From: a virus
Taxonomy: Duplodnaviria > Caudoviricetes
Strand: one strand, 5' to 3'
DNA: 64,000 bases
Virus record (IMG/VR): IMGVR_UViG_3300048598_000287
Span: 96,001-160,000 of that record
Shown one piece after another: positions 30,566 through 40,404 of this stretch (its first letter is position 1; every line of letters starts with the position of its first letter). Position numbers and translations under genes: made by a program. The notes below the pieces were generated by a model, which saw only the letters and a list, made by a program, of their open reading frames with translations, searched no databases and was not told the DNA's origin.

Positions 30566-31334
30566 TCTTTCCTCCTAATCTGATTTTTTCTCCGGATGAG
30601 AAAGCTTTCCATGCCGATTTCATTTTCCTACGCATTCTGGTTAGCACAAGGATGGCGGAGTCTTTGCAACATCCGCGCTGTTCAGAATATACTTCCATTG
30701 CAGACCGTATTGAATCTGTTGTTAAAATATAATTATACATGTCCCGCTCGTCATTAGAAAGAGTGCCCGCCACGCGGTCAGATATCTGTATCTTCCCCAT
30801 GATGTCGGCATCAAATGGTTCCGGAGACGATAGATATTCCACAATGTCACCGTCATCTTCTGAAATGGTCAATTCCGAATATGTTGCGCTTATGTGATGA
30901 GACGGCGTTATCTTTACAAGGCAGTCGTCATGTATATATTTTTTTATATATCCATTAAGGCATAATATCATGTAGCTATTGAATTTAGATCCTGAACCAG
31001 GGCAATAGTTACGTATCAATGAGGTGAAATTTATATACGGAAGATGCGTAAGGTCATTGGCATTTATAGAATATTTTTTCGCATATGCATTATACAGGCG
31101 TATTAGAAAAAGAGAATAATTGCCTATTATAGCATCGCGGTAAAGTCCCAAAAGCCGCAATTTTCCTGGGGAATCATTAGACGAAAGGCCCTTACATTTC
31201 AACACCATGAATTCTATCGCATCCCCGTCAGGAAAGGTCATTACTTTTCTCAACCCAGCTATTATACGTTTAGATTTTTCATAGGCATCTACCAATACTT
31301 TTTTATTTACATAGTCAGGGCTTTTATAAATCAT
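30543..31334 (-). CDS. Sigma70-family-like phage sigma factor
   Basis: NYCPGSGSKFNSYMILCLNGYIKKYI resembles region 2.3-2.4; C-terminal LSNDER..helix-turn-helix like region 4. Confidence 0.6.
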   Translation of the reverse strand: MIYKSPDYVNKKVLVDAYEKSKRIIAGLRKVMTFPDGDAIEFMVLKCKGLSSNDSPGKLRLLGLYRDAIIGNYSLFLIRLYNAYAKKYSINANDLTHLPYINFTSLIRNYCPGSGSKFNSYMILCLNGYIKKYIHDDCLVKITPSHHISATYSELTISEDDGDIVEYLSSPEPFDADIMGKIQISDRVAGTLSNDERDMYNYILTTDSIRSAMEVYSEQRGCCKDSAILVLTRMRRKMKSAWKAFSSGEKIRLGGKNVKLAQC

Positions 31335-31365
31335 TAAATCCTCGCAGATTCACGGTTGTCAAGAA

Positions 31366-31394
31366 AATATACATATTTTCTACATTTATTGCAA
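31366..31394 (-). promoter_or_regulatory. Sigma70-type promoter TTGCAA-N17-TATATT
   Basis: Exact spacing, upstream of the sigma-like gene. Confidence 0.55.
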
Positions 31395-31395
31395 G

Positions 31396-31487
31396 GTGAA
31401 CTACTCATCCGTTAGATGTGTGCTTCTTTTCGTTTCAACGGATCACCTATGTATTAAAGTCAGGGAGTTTTCTTCCGCAAATCTTAT
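31396..31487 (-). mobile_element. 92-bp non-autonomous IS200/IS605 derivative (PATE/MITE-like)
   Basis: TTTAT|ATAAGATTTGCGGAAGAAAACTCCCTGACTTTA...TTGAAACGAAAAGAAGC...GTAGTTCAC; both ends match the 54369-54621 element. Confidence 0.7.
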
Positions 31488-31640
31488 ATAAAAATAGAAG
31501 CCGGATGATTCCCGGCTTCTATTGTAAACTTTTTTTGATTCAATGATGCGGACCCGCAATCGTCGTCCGTTTTCGGTGTTCAAAATCCTGTCGGATCTCG
31601 CTTTCCTGGTTTCCTTGACCTGTTTATCTATGAATTTCAT
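31443..31640 (-). CDS. Small basic protein, ArfA-like candidate
   Basis: RKARS..G..RVRIIESKKVYNR; ORF runs through a terminator. Confidence 0.45.
   Translation of the reverse strand: MKFIDKQVKETRKARSDRILNTENGRRLRVRIIESKKVYNRSRESSGFYFYIRFAEENSLTLIHR
31490..31521 (-). terminator. Intrinsic terminator inside ORF 31443-31640
   Basis: TAGAAGCCGG-GAATCAT-CCGGCTTCTA followed by TTTTT. Confidence 0.7.
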
Positions 31641-31643
31641 ATG

Positions 31644-31979
31644 TCATCCTTGCAATATGCTGTCTTTAAGTAAATCCATTACCGATGCGACATCTTTGTC
31701 CGAAGGAGCCTCTATGGCTTTCGGCTCAGGATCATGGTGACCGCATTCTCCTTTTTTACCAAACATAGCAATAGAATCGATTTCTTCCAATGGGGAAAAT
31801 TCATATGAATGCTGCTGTTTAAAGTTCTCTATCGTGGCAAGAATGCTGTTATATCCATATTCAGGGATATTTACCACCCGGCGGTTAAATTCTTCAACAT
31901 TGTTCGTCTGAGGGTATAACGCAGGATCCTTATCGCCATATCCTATGACATTTCCGGCAGATATCATATCAATGTCCAT
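31644..31979 (-). CDS. Hypothetical protein
   Basis: ORF in operon. Confidence 0.6.
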   Translation of the reverse strand: MDIDMISAGNVIGYGDKDPALYPQTNNVEEFNRRVVNIPEYGYNSILATIENFKQQHSYEFSPLEEIDSIAMFGKKGECGHHDPEPKAIEAPSDKDVASVMDLLKDSILQG

Positions 31980-31983
31980 GTTG

Positions 31984-32499
31984 TCATTCCTTTTCGACGA
32001 TCTTCGTCAGAAGCCTTATTATCGTATCTAGTTTATCGGATATATCAGATGGAATTCTCTCAATAGGGGTTTCCTGAGTGCTTTCCTCCCGGTCGGATTC
32101 ATTGAAATTTCCTGCCTTCTTCATGTCATATATAGTTTTTCTGACCAGATTTTCAAATCCTTTAAGAGCCGTCTCAAATGACACATTCATTGCCGATATT
32201 GTCTTTCCTGATATTGTGTATTCCGCAGATATGGGCTTTCCGAGATATATCTTACGTGTTTCCGCATATAGATGGCAATCGGATATCATAGGGCATATGT
32301 CATACGCATCGTCCATAGTTTCTGAAATTCCCCCGACCAAGCATTCTATTTTCAAAATCCAGTTGATATATGGAAATTTCATGACCGCCGATCCCGTATG
32401 TCCATCTATCATTTTTACATCGACATCAGAAACGTCAATGTTCACACAGTAAGAAAAGAACTGGATTATCTTAGCTTTACATTTTTCTAGCGTTTCCAT
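31984..32499 (-). CDS. Hypothetical protein
   Basis: ORF in operon. Confidence 0.6.
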   Translation of the reverse strand: METLEKCKAKIIQFFSYCVNIDVSDVDVKMIDGHTGSAVMKFPYINWILKIECLVGGISETMDDAYDICPMISDCHLYAETRKIYLGKPISAEYTISGKTISAMNVSFETALKGFENLVRKTIYDMKKAGNFNESDREESTQETPIERIPSDISDKLDTIIRLLTKIVEKE

Positions 32500-32774
32500 A
32501 CATCATTCCTTAATTTTAGAAAAAACAATATCAATATGAAAGAACATCCGGCAGCATAGTTAAAATACAATGGAATCTGATATATTCCGAATTTAACATT
32601 GGTATATATTACATATCCAGCGGAAAATACGTTTCCTATTATGGAAAGTATTAGGAAGCACATTGATATGTCTTTCGTAGATCTAGTCCTAACTGCTTTC
32701 ACAACCTGAGGAAGAGAGCATATGGCAAACGATGCCGAACCTATTATACCTATTATGGAAGCGGCGCAATCCAT
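32487..32774 (-). CDS. PQ-loop / SemiSWEET-like small transporter
   Basis: Three TM helices, SLPQVVKAVRTRSTKDIS. Confidence 0.8.
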   Translation of the reverse strand: MDCAASIIGIIGSASFAICSLPQVVKAVRTRSTKDISMCFLILSIIGNVFSAGYVIYTNVKFGIYQIPLYFNYAAGCSFILILFFLKLRNDVWKR

Positions 32775-32781
32775 AATATCC

Positions 32782-33036
32782 TCATAGAAACTGTCTTATA
32801 TACGGGTTAGAACATATCACGGATACGGATAGTTTCTTGCTATGAAGTTTGACCGTCTGCCTATGCCGGGTTCTTTTCTTTTCCTGGGCTTTTTCCATGG
32901 AGAAATTAGTGGAAGCTTCCGTATTCTTAATCATATTAGGCGAATTACTTTCATCCTGAGCAGAAAACGTATTCTGCTTGTCCTGAATAGAATCCTGTCC
33001 GTCTTCCTTTAATTCATTTTTTATTTTCTTTACCAT
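32782..33036 (-). CDS. Hypothetical protein
   Basis: ORF with AGAGGA RBS. Confidence 0.5.
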   Translation of the reverse strand: MVKKIKNELKEDGQDSIQDKQNTFSAQDESNSPNMIKNTEASTNFSMEKAQEKKRTRHRQTVKLHSKKLSVSVICSNPYIRQFL

Positions 33037-33069
33037 ATGGTCCTCTATGCTTAAAATATATTTTGCAAA

Positions 33070-33870
33070 TTAATTAGACAAGTCGGTCATCATGTATGGG
33101 GGCGCTGATTCTTTCCGGAGATCTTCCATTTTTTTATCATACACCTCTTTCCATGTCGTATAAATAGTGGATCCGTTTACCGTTCCGCCGCCAGGAAGAG
33201 TGATCGTATCTTTCATCAGGATCAATCCGAGCTGCATTCCAGCCCTGGCCACCGCCATGTCCTGAAACAGCGGGTTTGCGAAAATCTCACTCTGCTTTTC
33301 TTTAAGATATACCCGAGCAATGGCATTGCGGTTGGACCTAGGAGTAGGATATATCCTCATCTTGTGCTCAACGGGGTGAAGCTTTATATTATATACGGTT
33401 CCTACGAGCTTCTTGACATCCTGCAAATACCTAAGTGCGCCTGAATACGTTATAAGATCAAACTGTCCTAGGCCTCCAAGACCGGCACCCCCGACACCCA
33501 TGAGGGATTCCCCTGGACCTACGTCCCATGCCATCATAGGAGAAAATGTATTCCCATAGCTAGGAACAAGATCAACCACAGCAAAGACGTTATCAGGAAC
33601 ACGGTATTCCACTATTCCTCGCTGAAGATGAATCACCATGTAATCATTATATGACGCTTCATCCTGATTATACCTGTAAAAATATGCCAGAGTATCATCT
33701 ATAGCCATGGCTATATGGCCTAGCCCGTTTCTATTTTCCACTTCCATCTCTATCTCAGTGGCCGGATATCCAAGACGGGCCTTTATTTTTTCCGCCATGT
33801 CATCTCTAGTCATGAACGTGCTGATTGTAGGAAGATCGAAATCTGATCTATTTTGCGATTCATTCATCAT
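33070..33870 (-). CDS. Neck protein (gp13-like)
   Basis: IKARLGYP..EIE and TLPGGGTVNG match T4 gp13-type motifs. Confidence 0.8.
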   Translation of the reverse strand: MMNESQNRSDFDLPTISTFMTRDDMAEKIKARLGYPATEIEMEVENRNGLGHIAMAIDDTLAYFYRYNQDEASYNDYMVIHLQRGIVEYRVPDNVFAVVDLVPSYGNTFSPMMAWDVGPGESLMGVGGAGLGGLGQFDLITYSGALRYLQDVKKLVGTVYNIKLHPVEHKMRIYPTPRSNRNAIARVYLKEKQSEIFANPLFQDMAVARAGMQLGLILMKDTITLPGGGTVNGSTIYTTWKEVYDKKMEDLRKESAPPYMMTDLSN

Positions 33871-34388
33871 GACCAGTCTCCCCCATGCGAATAAATATCC
33901 TGATCTCCGGTGTTTAACGTTATGCCAAAAAGATAATTTCCGGTCTTTTTAGATGTCACGTTTAGTCTTCCTTCTATTCCCCCACTGGGTATCTGCTTTA
34001 TAGATATTCCGAAATCATCAGTACTGTTTATCCGTTCATTGGTTACACGGTATACGGCAGGGGTATAATACATGTCCAGATTTGAAAGAATGAATTCTTT
34101 TAGTGCATCCTTACTTTCGAATTTGCGTATTCTCCCATTTATAAGTTCGTTATGAAACCAATATGTATATCTGTTAACTGTATGCGAAGCCTTTCGGTAT
34201 AGTTTCTCTATTCCACGGTAAGTAAAAAATTCATCCGGATATGCATCGATGTAATAGATGTAATTTGCCTCGCGATGATGAAAGCATTCCTCGAACAGCG
34301 CCGAAACCGCCGAAGATTGCGCTTCAGTAAGGCCAAGACGGTCTATTGAATCGTAGAAAAGAACGGCTTGTTCAAGGAATCCGGTCAT
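33867..34388 (-). CDS. Late protein with the shared N-terminal motif
   Basis: FYDSIDRLGLTEAQSSAVSALFEECF. Confidence 0.65.
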   Translation of the reverse strand: MTGFLEQAVLFYDSIDRLGLTEAQSSAVSALFEECFHHREANYIYYIDAYPDEFFTYRGIEKLYRKASHTVNRYTYWFHNELINGRIRKFESKDALKEFILSNLDMYYTPAVYRVTNERINSTDDFGISIKQIPSGGIEGRLNVTSKKTGNYLFGITLNTGDQDIYSHGGDWS

Positions 34389-35008
34389 TAGCGGGCCTCG
34401 TCCTCGAAGAATCTGGCAAGATGATATTTTATGTTAGTAATTTCATCCAGCATGACATCTATGGAACTGTTAAGACCATACGTACGTTTATCGTCAAGCT
34501 TCTCCCTAAAATGAGTGAACTCTTCTAGATCCGAATGTATGGAAGCGGCGAAAGCATCGCGATCGGCGATGTCAACCACGCGTTTCCATAGATCCATGCT
34601 TATCTTCTCGTTGAACATGGATACATACGTTTCGGCGGTGCTGTCCCGCATTTTTCCGTATAGTTCATATGCCCGCTGGGAAAGTTCATGCAATGCCTTT
34701 GATTCTGCGTTCCAGTGATAATTCTGATATGAATTGCTCTTTGCTATAAGCAATTGCAGAACGGCTGTTATCAGCTGTTTGCAATCCGCATCATCGTTGA
34801 ATTTATCATCCGATAACTCGTCCGGATTTTTCCCTGGATTTTCTTCATGCGTTTCTTCAGAAGATTCTTCCTTGTCAGTTTCGGCAGCTACCGGCTTACC
34901 GGCAGCTTCATATATCGCTTTATGGATTTCAGAAACAGCCTGGATGGTGTTTCCATCTATACCTGCACGTTGTAATGATTCGGTAAAAATTTTATATGCG
35001 CTCTTCAT
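34388..35008 (-). CDS. Dps/ferritin-like protein with the shared N-terminal motif
   Basis: FTESLQRAGIDGNTIQAVSEIHKAIYE; NYHWN...LHE...D..AE four-helix-bundle motif. Confidence 0.7.
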   Translation of the reverse strand: MKSAYKIFTESLQRAGIDGNTIQAVSEIHKAIYEAAGKPVAAETDKEESSEETHEENPGKNPDELSDDKFNDDADCKQLITAVLQLLIAKSNSYQNYHWNAESKALHELSQRAYELYGKMRDSTAETYVSMFNEKISMDLWKRVVDIADRDAFAASIHSDLEEFTHFREKLDDKRTYGLNSSIDVMLDEITNIKYHLARFFEDEAR

Positions 35009-35034
35009 GTTATCCCTCGGATATCAACTATATC

Positions 35035-35043
35035 TAGTTTATA
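35035..35043 (-). promoter_or_regulatory. Putative late promoter TATAAACTA
   Basis: Upstream of the Dps-like/neck operon. Confidence 0.6.
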
Positions 35044-35208
35044 TGGCGAGGGAAATGCTATCAACCGTATGTCACTTCGTTCTTGGATAGTTTTTTCTTT
35101 CTAGACCGCATTTTACTATCAACATAGTTACTTAATTCCATGAAATCGGGAAAAAACATGTTGTCACAGTCCAGCATGCTGTTGGAAGTTTCTGCCGAAA
35201 TGTAAATC

Positions 35209-36471
35209 TTATGCTTTCTTAGGCTGCCTAAGTTGTACCGAGGAAATGAACGTAGAATACCGAAAGGGAAACGGCGTAACCGTTATACCTCCGCATTTAG
35301 GGCACGTATGTGCCACTTTAGTTACCGTTTTAAATGAACATGCAGCAAGTTCTCGCATCAGCAGAATGGAATCATCCTTAGATAGATTTGCGATGAATCG
35401 TATTCTATCGTCAAGGGTTTTGCAAGTGTCTATATCCATTACGATAGCCATGTTAAGAAGCGCTAGATATGGCTTTCCTAAAGTACCTCCACGGCTTTTT
35501 ATGACATCGCATTGTGCCTTATATGTATAATCATGTCTTCTACGACGGATATATGTTTTAAGTGTCCCGCCAGTTACTGTAATGGGATGATATCCGTATT
35601 CAGAATGAAGTTTAAGCACGTCTTCTGGATTATTATTGGTCAAGAATCTCATATTGCTGAAATCAATTTTATAATCCTTGTCTTTCACCTGGCATCCGCA
35701 TTGAGTGCAGGTGAATCCTCCCCATGTATATGGGTCTCCTGAAAAGGTCGATCCACGGAGATACTGGAGGATATACTGTTCATCCCCGGAAAGTATATCC
35801 ATTGGATCCGTTCCCCGAATTCGTCTGGAATATATCTCACTGAATGAATCCAGCTTATTATCATTATCCATGTTCTCTATAACTAGCATATCGATTAATT
35901 TAAGCGGCTGGACAGCTAACTTATCGGTATTAAATAGATTTTTTGAAGGAAGTTCATCCAAAGGAATGAAGCCTTCCCCTGCCTTTCCGGATGATGAATT
36001 ATAATCATGTATATCCAGGGGATTTGCCCCAATAACAGAGGCAATCGGATTTTTAGAAACTATCGCATCCCGGGTAGCATCGGCATTTCCTGCGGCATTC
36101 ATATATTTTTTAGCCAGCTCTTCCCCAGAAGTATAATGAATATCAGGTTTCACATATTCTGGCGGATCGCCCGATTTATTCTGATAGAACATTGCATCAT
36201 ATTGGTCAGGGGTAATCTTTTCGGATGGTTTGGCATTATCAGGGGATTGATTAAGGTCAGGATTAAACCAGCGGGGTTCTTCCTTTCCTGGCTCGATTGA
36301 AACCTTTTTTTCTATTGTAGTATTTCCATTGGATGGCATTACCGCAGGCATGTCATTTATTATATGATGCCTCTTAGGTGGTTGAATAATGACATCATCT
36401 ATTCCGGCTGCCTTGGCCTTTTTAATCTGAGCCATGGCATCCTTCACCATGTTAGCTGTATTATTAACCAT
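35209..36471 (-). CDS. Baseplate hub assembly protein (gp26/gp51-like)
   Basis: LPSK, GDEQYILQYLR, CTQC, CPKCG, PF end. Confidence 0.65.
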   Translation of the reverse strand: MVNNTANMVKDAMAQIKKAKAAGIDDVIIQPPKRHHIINDMPAVMPSNGNTTIEKKVSIEPGKEEPRWFNPDLNQSPDNAKPSEKITPDQYDAMFYQNKSGDPPEYVKPDIHYTSGEELAKKYMNAAGNADATRDAIVSKNPIASVIGANPLDIHDYNSSSGKAGEGFIPLDELPSKNLFNTDKLAVQPLKLIDMLVIENMDNDNKLDSFSEIYSRRIRGTDPMDILSGDEQYILQYLRGSTFSGDPYTWGGFTCTQCGCQVKDKDYKIDFSNMRFLTNNNPEDVLKLHSEYGYHPITVTGGTLKTYIRRRRHDYTYKAQCDVIKSRGGTLGKPYLALLNMAIVMDIDTCKTLDDRIRFIANLSKDDSILLMRELAACSFKTVTKVAHTCPKCGGITVTPFPFRYSTFISSVQLRQPKKA

Positions 36472-36474
36472 TCA

Positions 36475-36738
36475 TCATCTCCCGGCATAATATGAATATA
36501 TGTATCTATTTCCTTTATATTGTCGATCGTTTTTTAATATGATAGATATCCGTTCGGTTTCATCGGAATTAAGTTTATCCGCCGACTTCTTAGCATCTTC
36601 CATAGAAAATAACGCATCACCTTCGATGGTAGGTTGCATAATGGACATATCCATCATGTTCAGGTCCTTTTCATACCATTTCATGTCATATTTTATGACA
36701 TAAAAAATATGGATACCCTTATTAGGCATTTGATTCAT
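36475..36738 (-). CDS. Hypothetical protein
   Basis: ORF in operon. Confidence 0.5.
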   Translation of the reverse strand: MNQMPNKGIHIFYVIKYDMKWYEKDLNMMDMSIMQPTIEGDALFSMEDAKKSADKLNSDETERISIILKNDRQYKGNRYIYSYYAGR

Positions 36739-37984
36739 TTTCAGGAACGTCCGATGAGAACCGCTTCTTTATCATGTCCTTTCCTATAAGTACCGCAAAA
36801 AGTCTTGCCAGAGCTACCGCCTTGTCAGATATTTTGCCTTCTATGCAATTACGCTGGGAATTATACAATTCATTCCAGTTTACGGTGACACAATATTTCT
36901 TTACCATGTCATCTATGGCGTTATATGTAGTCTGAGGAGAAAAATCCGTTTTCGTTGCACAGCACATATGGGTCGATTCCGTAAACCATTTAGGGCTAAG
37001 GCATGCCAGCACGCAGGCCCCGGAAGCAACGGAAAGCATAGGGTCAGCGTCTCCGCTGGCAAGATCATAATAAAGACTATCAGAACTATATATTACGAAA
37101 TCATATTGTCCATCGCGTTCATCTAGATAAGTATGTGCGATATTTTTTGCACCGACGTTAGGAGAAGTATAATGCACAATATGACGTACATCGCCATTTG
37201 CCAGAAGCATCATCAGCTCATCGGGCAATTCAGATCCGGTGCATAGAGTGAACTTATATTTTTTGTGCTTTGCTATAACAAAATCGCATATATTCTTGCT
37301 TAAAACGGCACCTTTCACTAATATCTTAGGCTTGTCTAGAACTGATCCGACTGCCCTTGCCTTTATTTGAGTGTATACTGGATAGATATTGCATGGAACG
37401 GTGAACGGAACAACGACGACGTTAGAATATTGATCTTCGTTAACGAATCCGACATCCTTCAGTGCGAATTTAAGCTCTACCGAAGGCACAACTATGGTGT
37501 CTGCTAAAAGAAGAAGATCTTCTACGGAATAACATTCATATATAGACTTTGAACGACCGCCTATGCCTTCCCAGATAAGCTCATCAAGAATATAAATTAC
37601 TCGTAAGTTTATCTTACGGATGGAATCATTCCCGGAAAGATCGTTGCCATCTATTTTCTCGGATCCTATCGTATTATTGAAACTTCCGAGCTTCATTTTC
37701 TGCACGATATCGAACACTTCAGGATTCTTGATATTATCCAATACCACCACAGTTTCCCTGGTAGTGACAAGCTTAGAATATATATCTATGAACATTGATG
37801 AGCTAAGAGATATATAGTTGAATTTGCACAATGCGTCATAAAAGGGGCATATACGGGAAAAGTCTTCGTTGAACCGGCCACCGAAAAATCTAGAATCGCC
37901 ATCATTGACATGAATCACATCGATTTCGGCCTTAATCTTGATTTTTTCAGCTATAATCTTTTCACACAAATCAGTTGCCTTCAT
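36722..37984 (-). CDS. Hypothetical protein, possibly divergent GT-B fold
   Basis: VIYILDELIW...LLLADTIVVPSVELK resembles phage GT4-like proteins. Confidence 0.45.
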   Translation of the reverse strand: MKATDLCEKIIAEKIKIKAEIDVIHVNDGDSRFFGGRFNEDFSRICPFYDALCKFNYISLSSSMFIDIYSKLVTTRETVVVLDNIKNPEVFDIVQKMKLGSFNNTIGSEKIDGNDLSGNDSIRKINLRVIYILDELIWEGIGGRSKSIYECYSVEDLLLLADTIVVPSVELKFALKDVGFVNEDQYSNVVVVPFTVPCNIYPVYTQIKARAVGSVLDKPKILVKGAVLSKNICDFVIAKHKKYKFTLCTGSELPDELMMLLANGDVRHIVHYTSPNVGAKNIAHTYLDERDGQYDFVIYSSDSLYYDLASGDADPMLSVASGACVLACLSPKWFTESTHMCCATKTDFSPQTTYNAIDDMVKKYCVTVNWNELYNSQRNCIEGKISDKAVALARLFAVLIGKDMIKKRFSSDVPENESNA

Positions 37985-38034
37985 ATTATCCTTCGGTTGC
38001 GTTAAATATGTTTACTTTTCTAAAATATATTTTT

Positions 38035-39180
38035 TCACGATGCGTCATAATCCATAATCATAGAAATTATTGATTTTTTTACTTCAATTCCCTCTATAAT
38101 GGGGGGAGGGGTCTCTGCATTTTCCATGAACTTTTCAGCCACCTCTAGTTGAGTCATTCTAGTTATCTTTTCCGCTTCGGTATTGTCCGATGGAATTGTA
38201 ACGGTATCCTCTGCAGATGCTTTAATGATTGATCCATATGGCACCGTCCGTACGAAAAGAGGGGCTTTATCGTTCAATTTAGCCCGGAGAACCGCGGAAT
38301 CTTCAGCGGTCTTCGTGCTGTCACAGAAATATCTTACAATGGTGTTTTCCAATTGAGGAAGCGCATCAAGATCATCATAATCATTGACATCGATGAACCG
38401 TTCGCCAATAGTGTTTTCTATAAATTCATATGACATATCCTGGTTGAATATGTAAAATCCCGGGGCGTTTCCCATATGCGCGGCGGACATCTGGTATGGA
38501 GTTCCTAGATACAATATCTTGCTACTTCCAATTTTAGTTATAGATTTACAATGATAATGCCCGCTTATGACATATCCGCAGCATTCGGCAATTTCTGCCG
38601 GATCGAATCCTTCTTTAGATATATTGCTGCCTTCCATATTCATTCCCATGATGTCGAAATGACCAAAGAATACATTTTTATCCGCATCCGCTTTATTTTT
38701 AGCGGACGCCTTCATCATAGCCATAGCAGTCTTTTTGGTTTCCTCGGTTCCTAACCAAGGAAATAAAATCCATTTCCATCCATCGAACACCGGATATTCC
38801 ATGGGGGACATCACTACAGTTACGTTAGGAATGAAGTTTAGCATTTCTATCCCGCATACCGAATCATTATTCTCATATAGCATATCATGATTTCCGGGGA
38901 TAATGACTATGGTGAAGTCTTTCATCTTGTTAGAAAACATTTGAATAGCATAATGAATATCTTCCACGGATAGAGATTGCCGGTTATCAAAGATATCCCC
39001 GGCAAATAGAACGGTATGTATGTTTCTCCGTTTTAGTTCAGCGATGGCAAAGTCAAAGAACCGGTCACGCATCGTATTATGATGGGCAGTAACTATTCCA
39101 TTATGGTAAAGCGTATAGCCAAGATGAATGTCGCCGAATACGCCTATCTTATTTTCAGTTGCCAAATTCTGTTGTATCAT
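38035..39180 (-). CDS. Mre11/SbcD-like recombination nuclease (gp47-like)
   Basis: GDIHLG, AGDIFD, PGNHD, FGHF, SGHYH, YLGTPYQ. Confidence 0.9.
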   Translation of the reverse strand: MIQQNLATENKIGVFGDIHLGYTLYHNGIVTAHHNTMRDRFFDFAIAELKRRNIHTVLFAGDIFDNRQSLSVEDIHYAIQMFSNKMKDFTIVIIPGNHDMLYENNDSVCGIEMLNFIPNVTVVMSPMEYPVFDGWKWILFPWLGTEETKKTAMAMMKASAKNKADADKNVFFGHFDIMGMNMEGSNISKEGFDPAEIAECCGYVISGHYHCKSITKIGSSKILYLGTPYQMSAAHMGNAPGFYIFNQDMSYEFIENTIGERFIDVNDYDDLDALPQLENTIVRYFCDSTKTAEDSAVLRAKLNDKAPLFVRTVPYGSIIKASAEDTVTIPSDNTEAEKITRMTQLEVAEKFMENAETPPPIIEGIEVKKSIISMIMDYDAS

Positions 39181-39856
39181 GTCCGAGTTCCTTTTGATGT
39201 TGTTTGCTATCTTCTTCGGTAAAAAACGATATGAGCCGGTTCATTTCATCCGGGGTTTCCTCTATTATTCCATCTTCGGATAGAGCCTTCTTTTCATTAG
39301 CATCTTTCTGTATGGTTATGGCGCGGAGTTCTTCTTCCTGGCGAATCTTTATGGTAAGCTGGAATAGCTTGTCCAAGGTCCCAGTTACACTGGATATCAT
39401 AGATGCAACCGATGCCCACATTTTATCACTGATATCCACGGTAGGGTTTATCTGAACCTGCAGCTTATCAAGGAATGCCTTCGCTATATCATATAATTGA
39501 TGCGCCTGCTCCCGAATTTTCATTCTATCCATGTCAAGCATTTCCGGAGTTATCGGCCCGGATGATCCCGATAAGCTGTCCTGCAATTTTATCTGGGAAT
39601 GCCCGGCCTCCAACATCTGGGCATTTACTTTTATCCGGTTAACCATCTGCCGGCTTTCTTCCAGTCCTTCCTTGGTGGATCCCAGTGGAAGCTTAAGTTT
39701 TTCTTCCAATGCGGAGAAGACGTCTTTCTTGGGATCGTCATGCGGTGGGTATGCTTCTTTTTTATGAATATTCTTCTTATCATCACCGGAAGATGCATCC
39801 GAATCATCTGTCCATGGCATTTTCTGGTCCCATGGATTAAACGGCTGTTCACTCAT
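39155..39856 (-). CDS. Possible small terminase (gp16-like)
   Basis: Helical protein; MWASVASMISSVTGTLDKLFQL resembles the gp16 core; weak. Confidence 0.4.
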   Translation of the reverse strand: MSEQPFNPWDQKMPWTDDSDASSGDDKKNIHKKEAYPPHDDPKKDVFSALEEKLKLPLGSTKEGLEESRQMVNRIKVNAQMLEAGHSQIKLQDSLSGSSGPITPEMLDMDRMKIREQAHQLYDIAKAFLDKLQVQINPTVDISDKMWASVASMISSVTGTLDKLFQLTIKIRQEEELRAITIQKDANEKKALSEDGIIEETPDEMNRLISFFTEEDSKQHQKELGHDTTEFGN

Positions 39857-40329
39857 ATCAATCCCCTCTTGCCGGCTTCAATAGCAATTGTGTGCAGCTG
39901 GATTATTGTATCTATGTTTTTAGGATAATATCTTACCTGTTCGGCGAATGCCTTCAAATTCTCGATGTAATGTTTTTGTTTATTCAATGCGGTTTTCTGG
40001 GCGCTTATGCTGGATTCTCCATCAAGCATTAGATCAACTGAATCTTTGGTCTTTTCATATTTCAACCTCTGATTCATCATGGCATCAAATTTTTCCGCCC
40101 TTGCTTCCTTATATTTTCCTTCCATTTCATCATATTTAAGCTGTTCCTGAAAAACAAGCCCATTGGCCTCTATAAGGGCGTCGCCTATGTTATATGTGGC
40201 ATTATGTATCATTTTTTCGATGTCAAATTTTCCGCTATCATCTTTCGTCTCAAGTTTGGATTTCATCCATCGGCTAAGCTTCTTCACCGTGTCATTGTCT
40301 ATGAATTGTGGGAGATCACTCTGAACCAT
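39853..40329 (-). CDS. uvsY: Recombination mediator UvsY-like
   Basis: KTKDSVDLMLDGE...I..L......NIDTII....IEAG matches the UvsY C-half pattern. Confidence 0.65.
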   Translation of the reverse strand: MVQSDLPQFIDNDTVKKLSRWMKSKLETKDDSGKFDIEKMIHNATYNIGDALIEANGLVFQEQLKYDEMEGKYKEARAEKFDAMMNQRLKYEKTKDSVDLMLDGESSISAQKTALNKQKHYIENLKAFAEQVRYYPKNIDTIIQLHTIAIEAGKRGLI

Positions 40330-40358
40330 TATTCCTCGCGCATTGATTCCGATTATAA

Positions 40359-40387
40359 AATATACTTATTTAAGGCAGAAAAAGCAA
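40359..40387 (-). promoter_or_regulatory. Sigma70-type promoter TTGCTT-N17-TATATT
   Basis: Exact spacing upstream of uvsY. Confidence 0.5.
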
Positions 40388-40404
40388 GCGCTTGCGTTAA
40401 TTAA

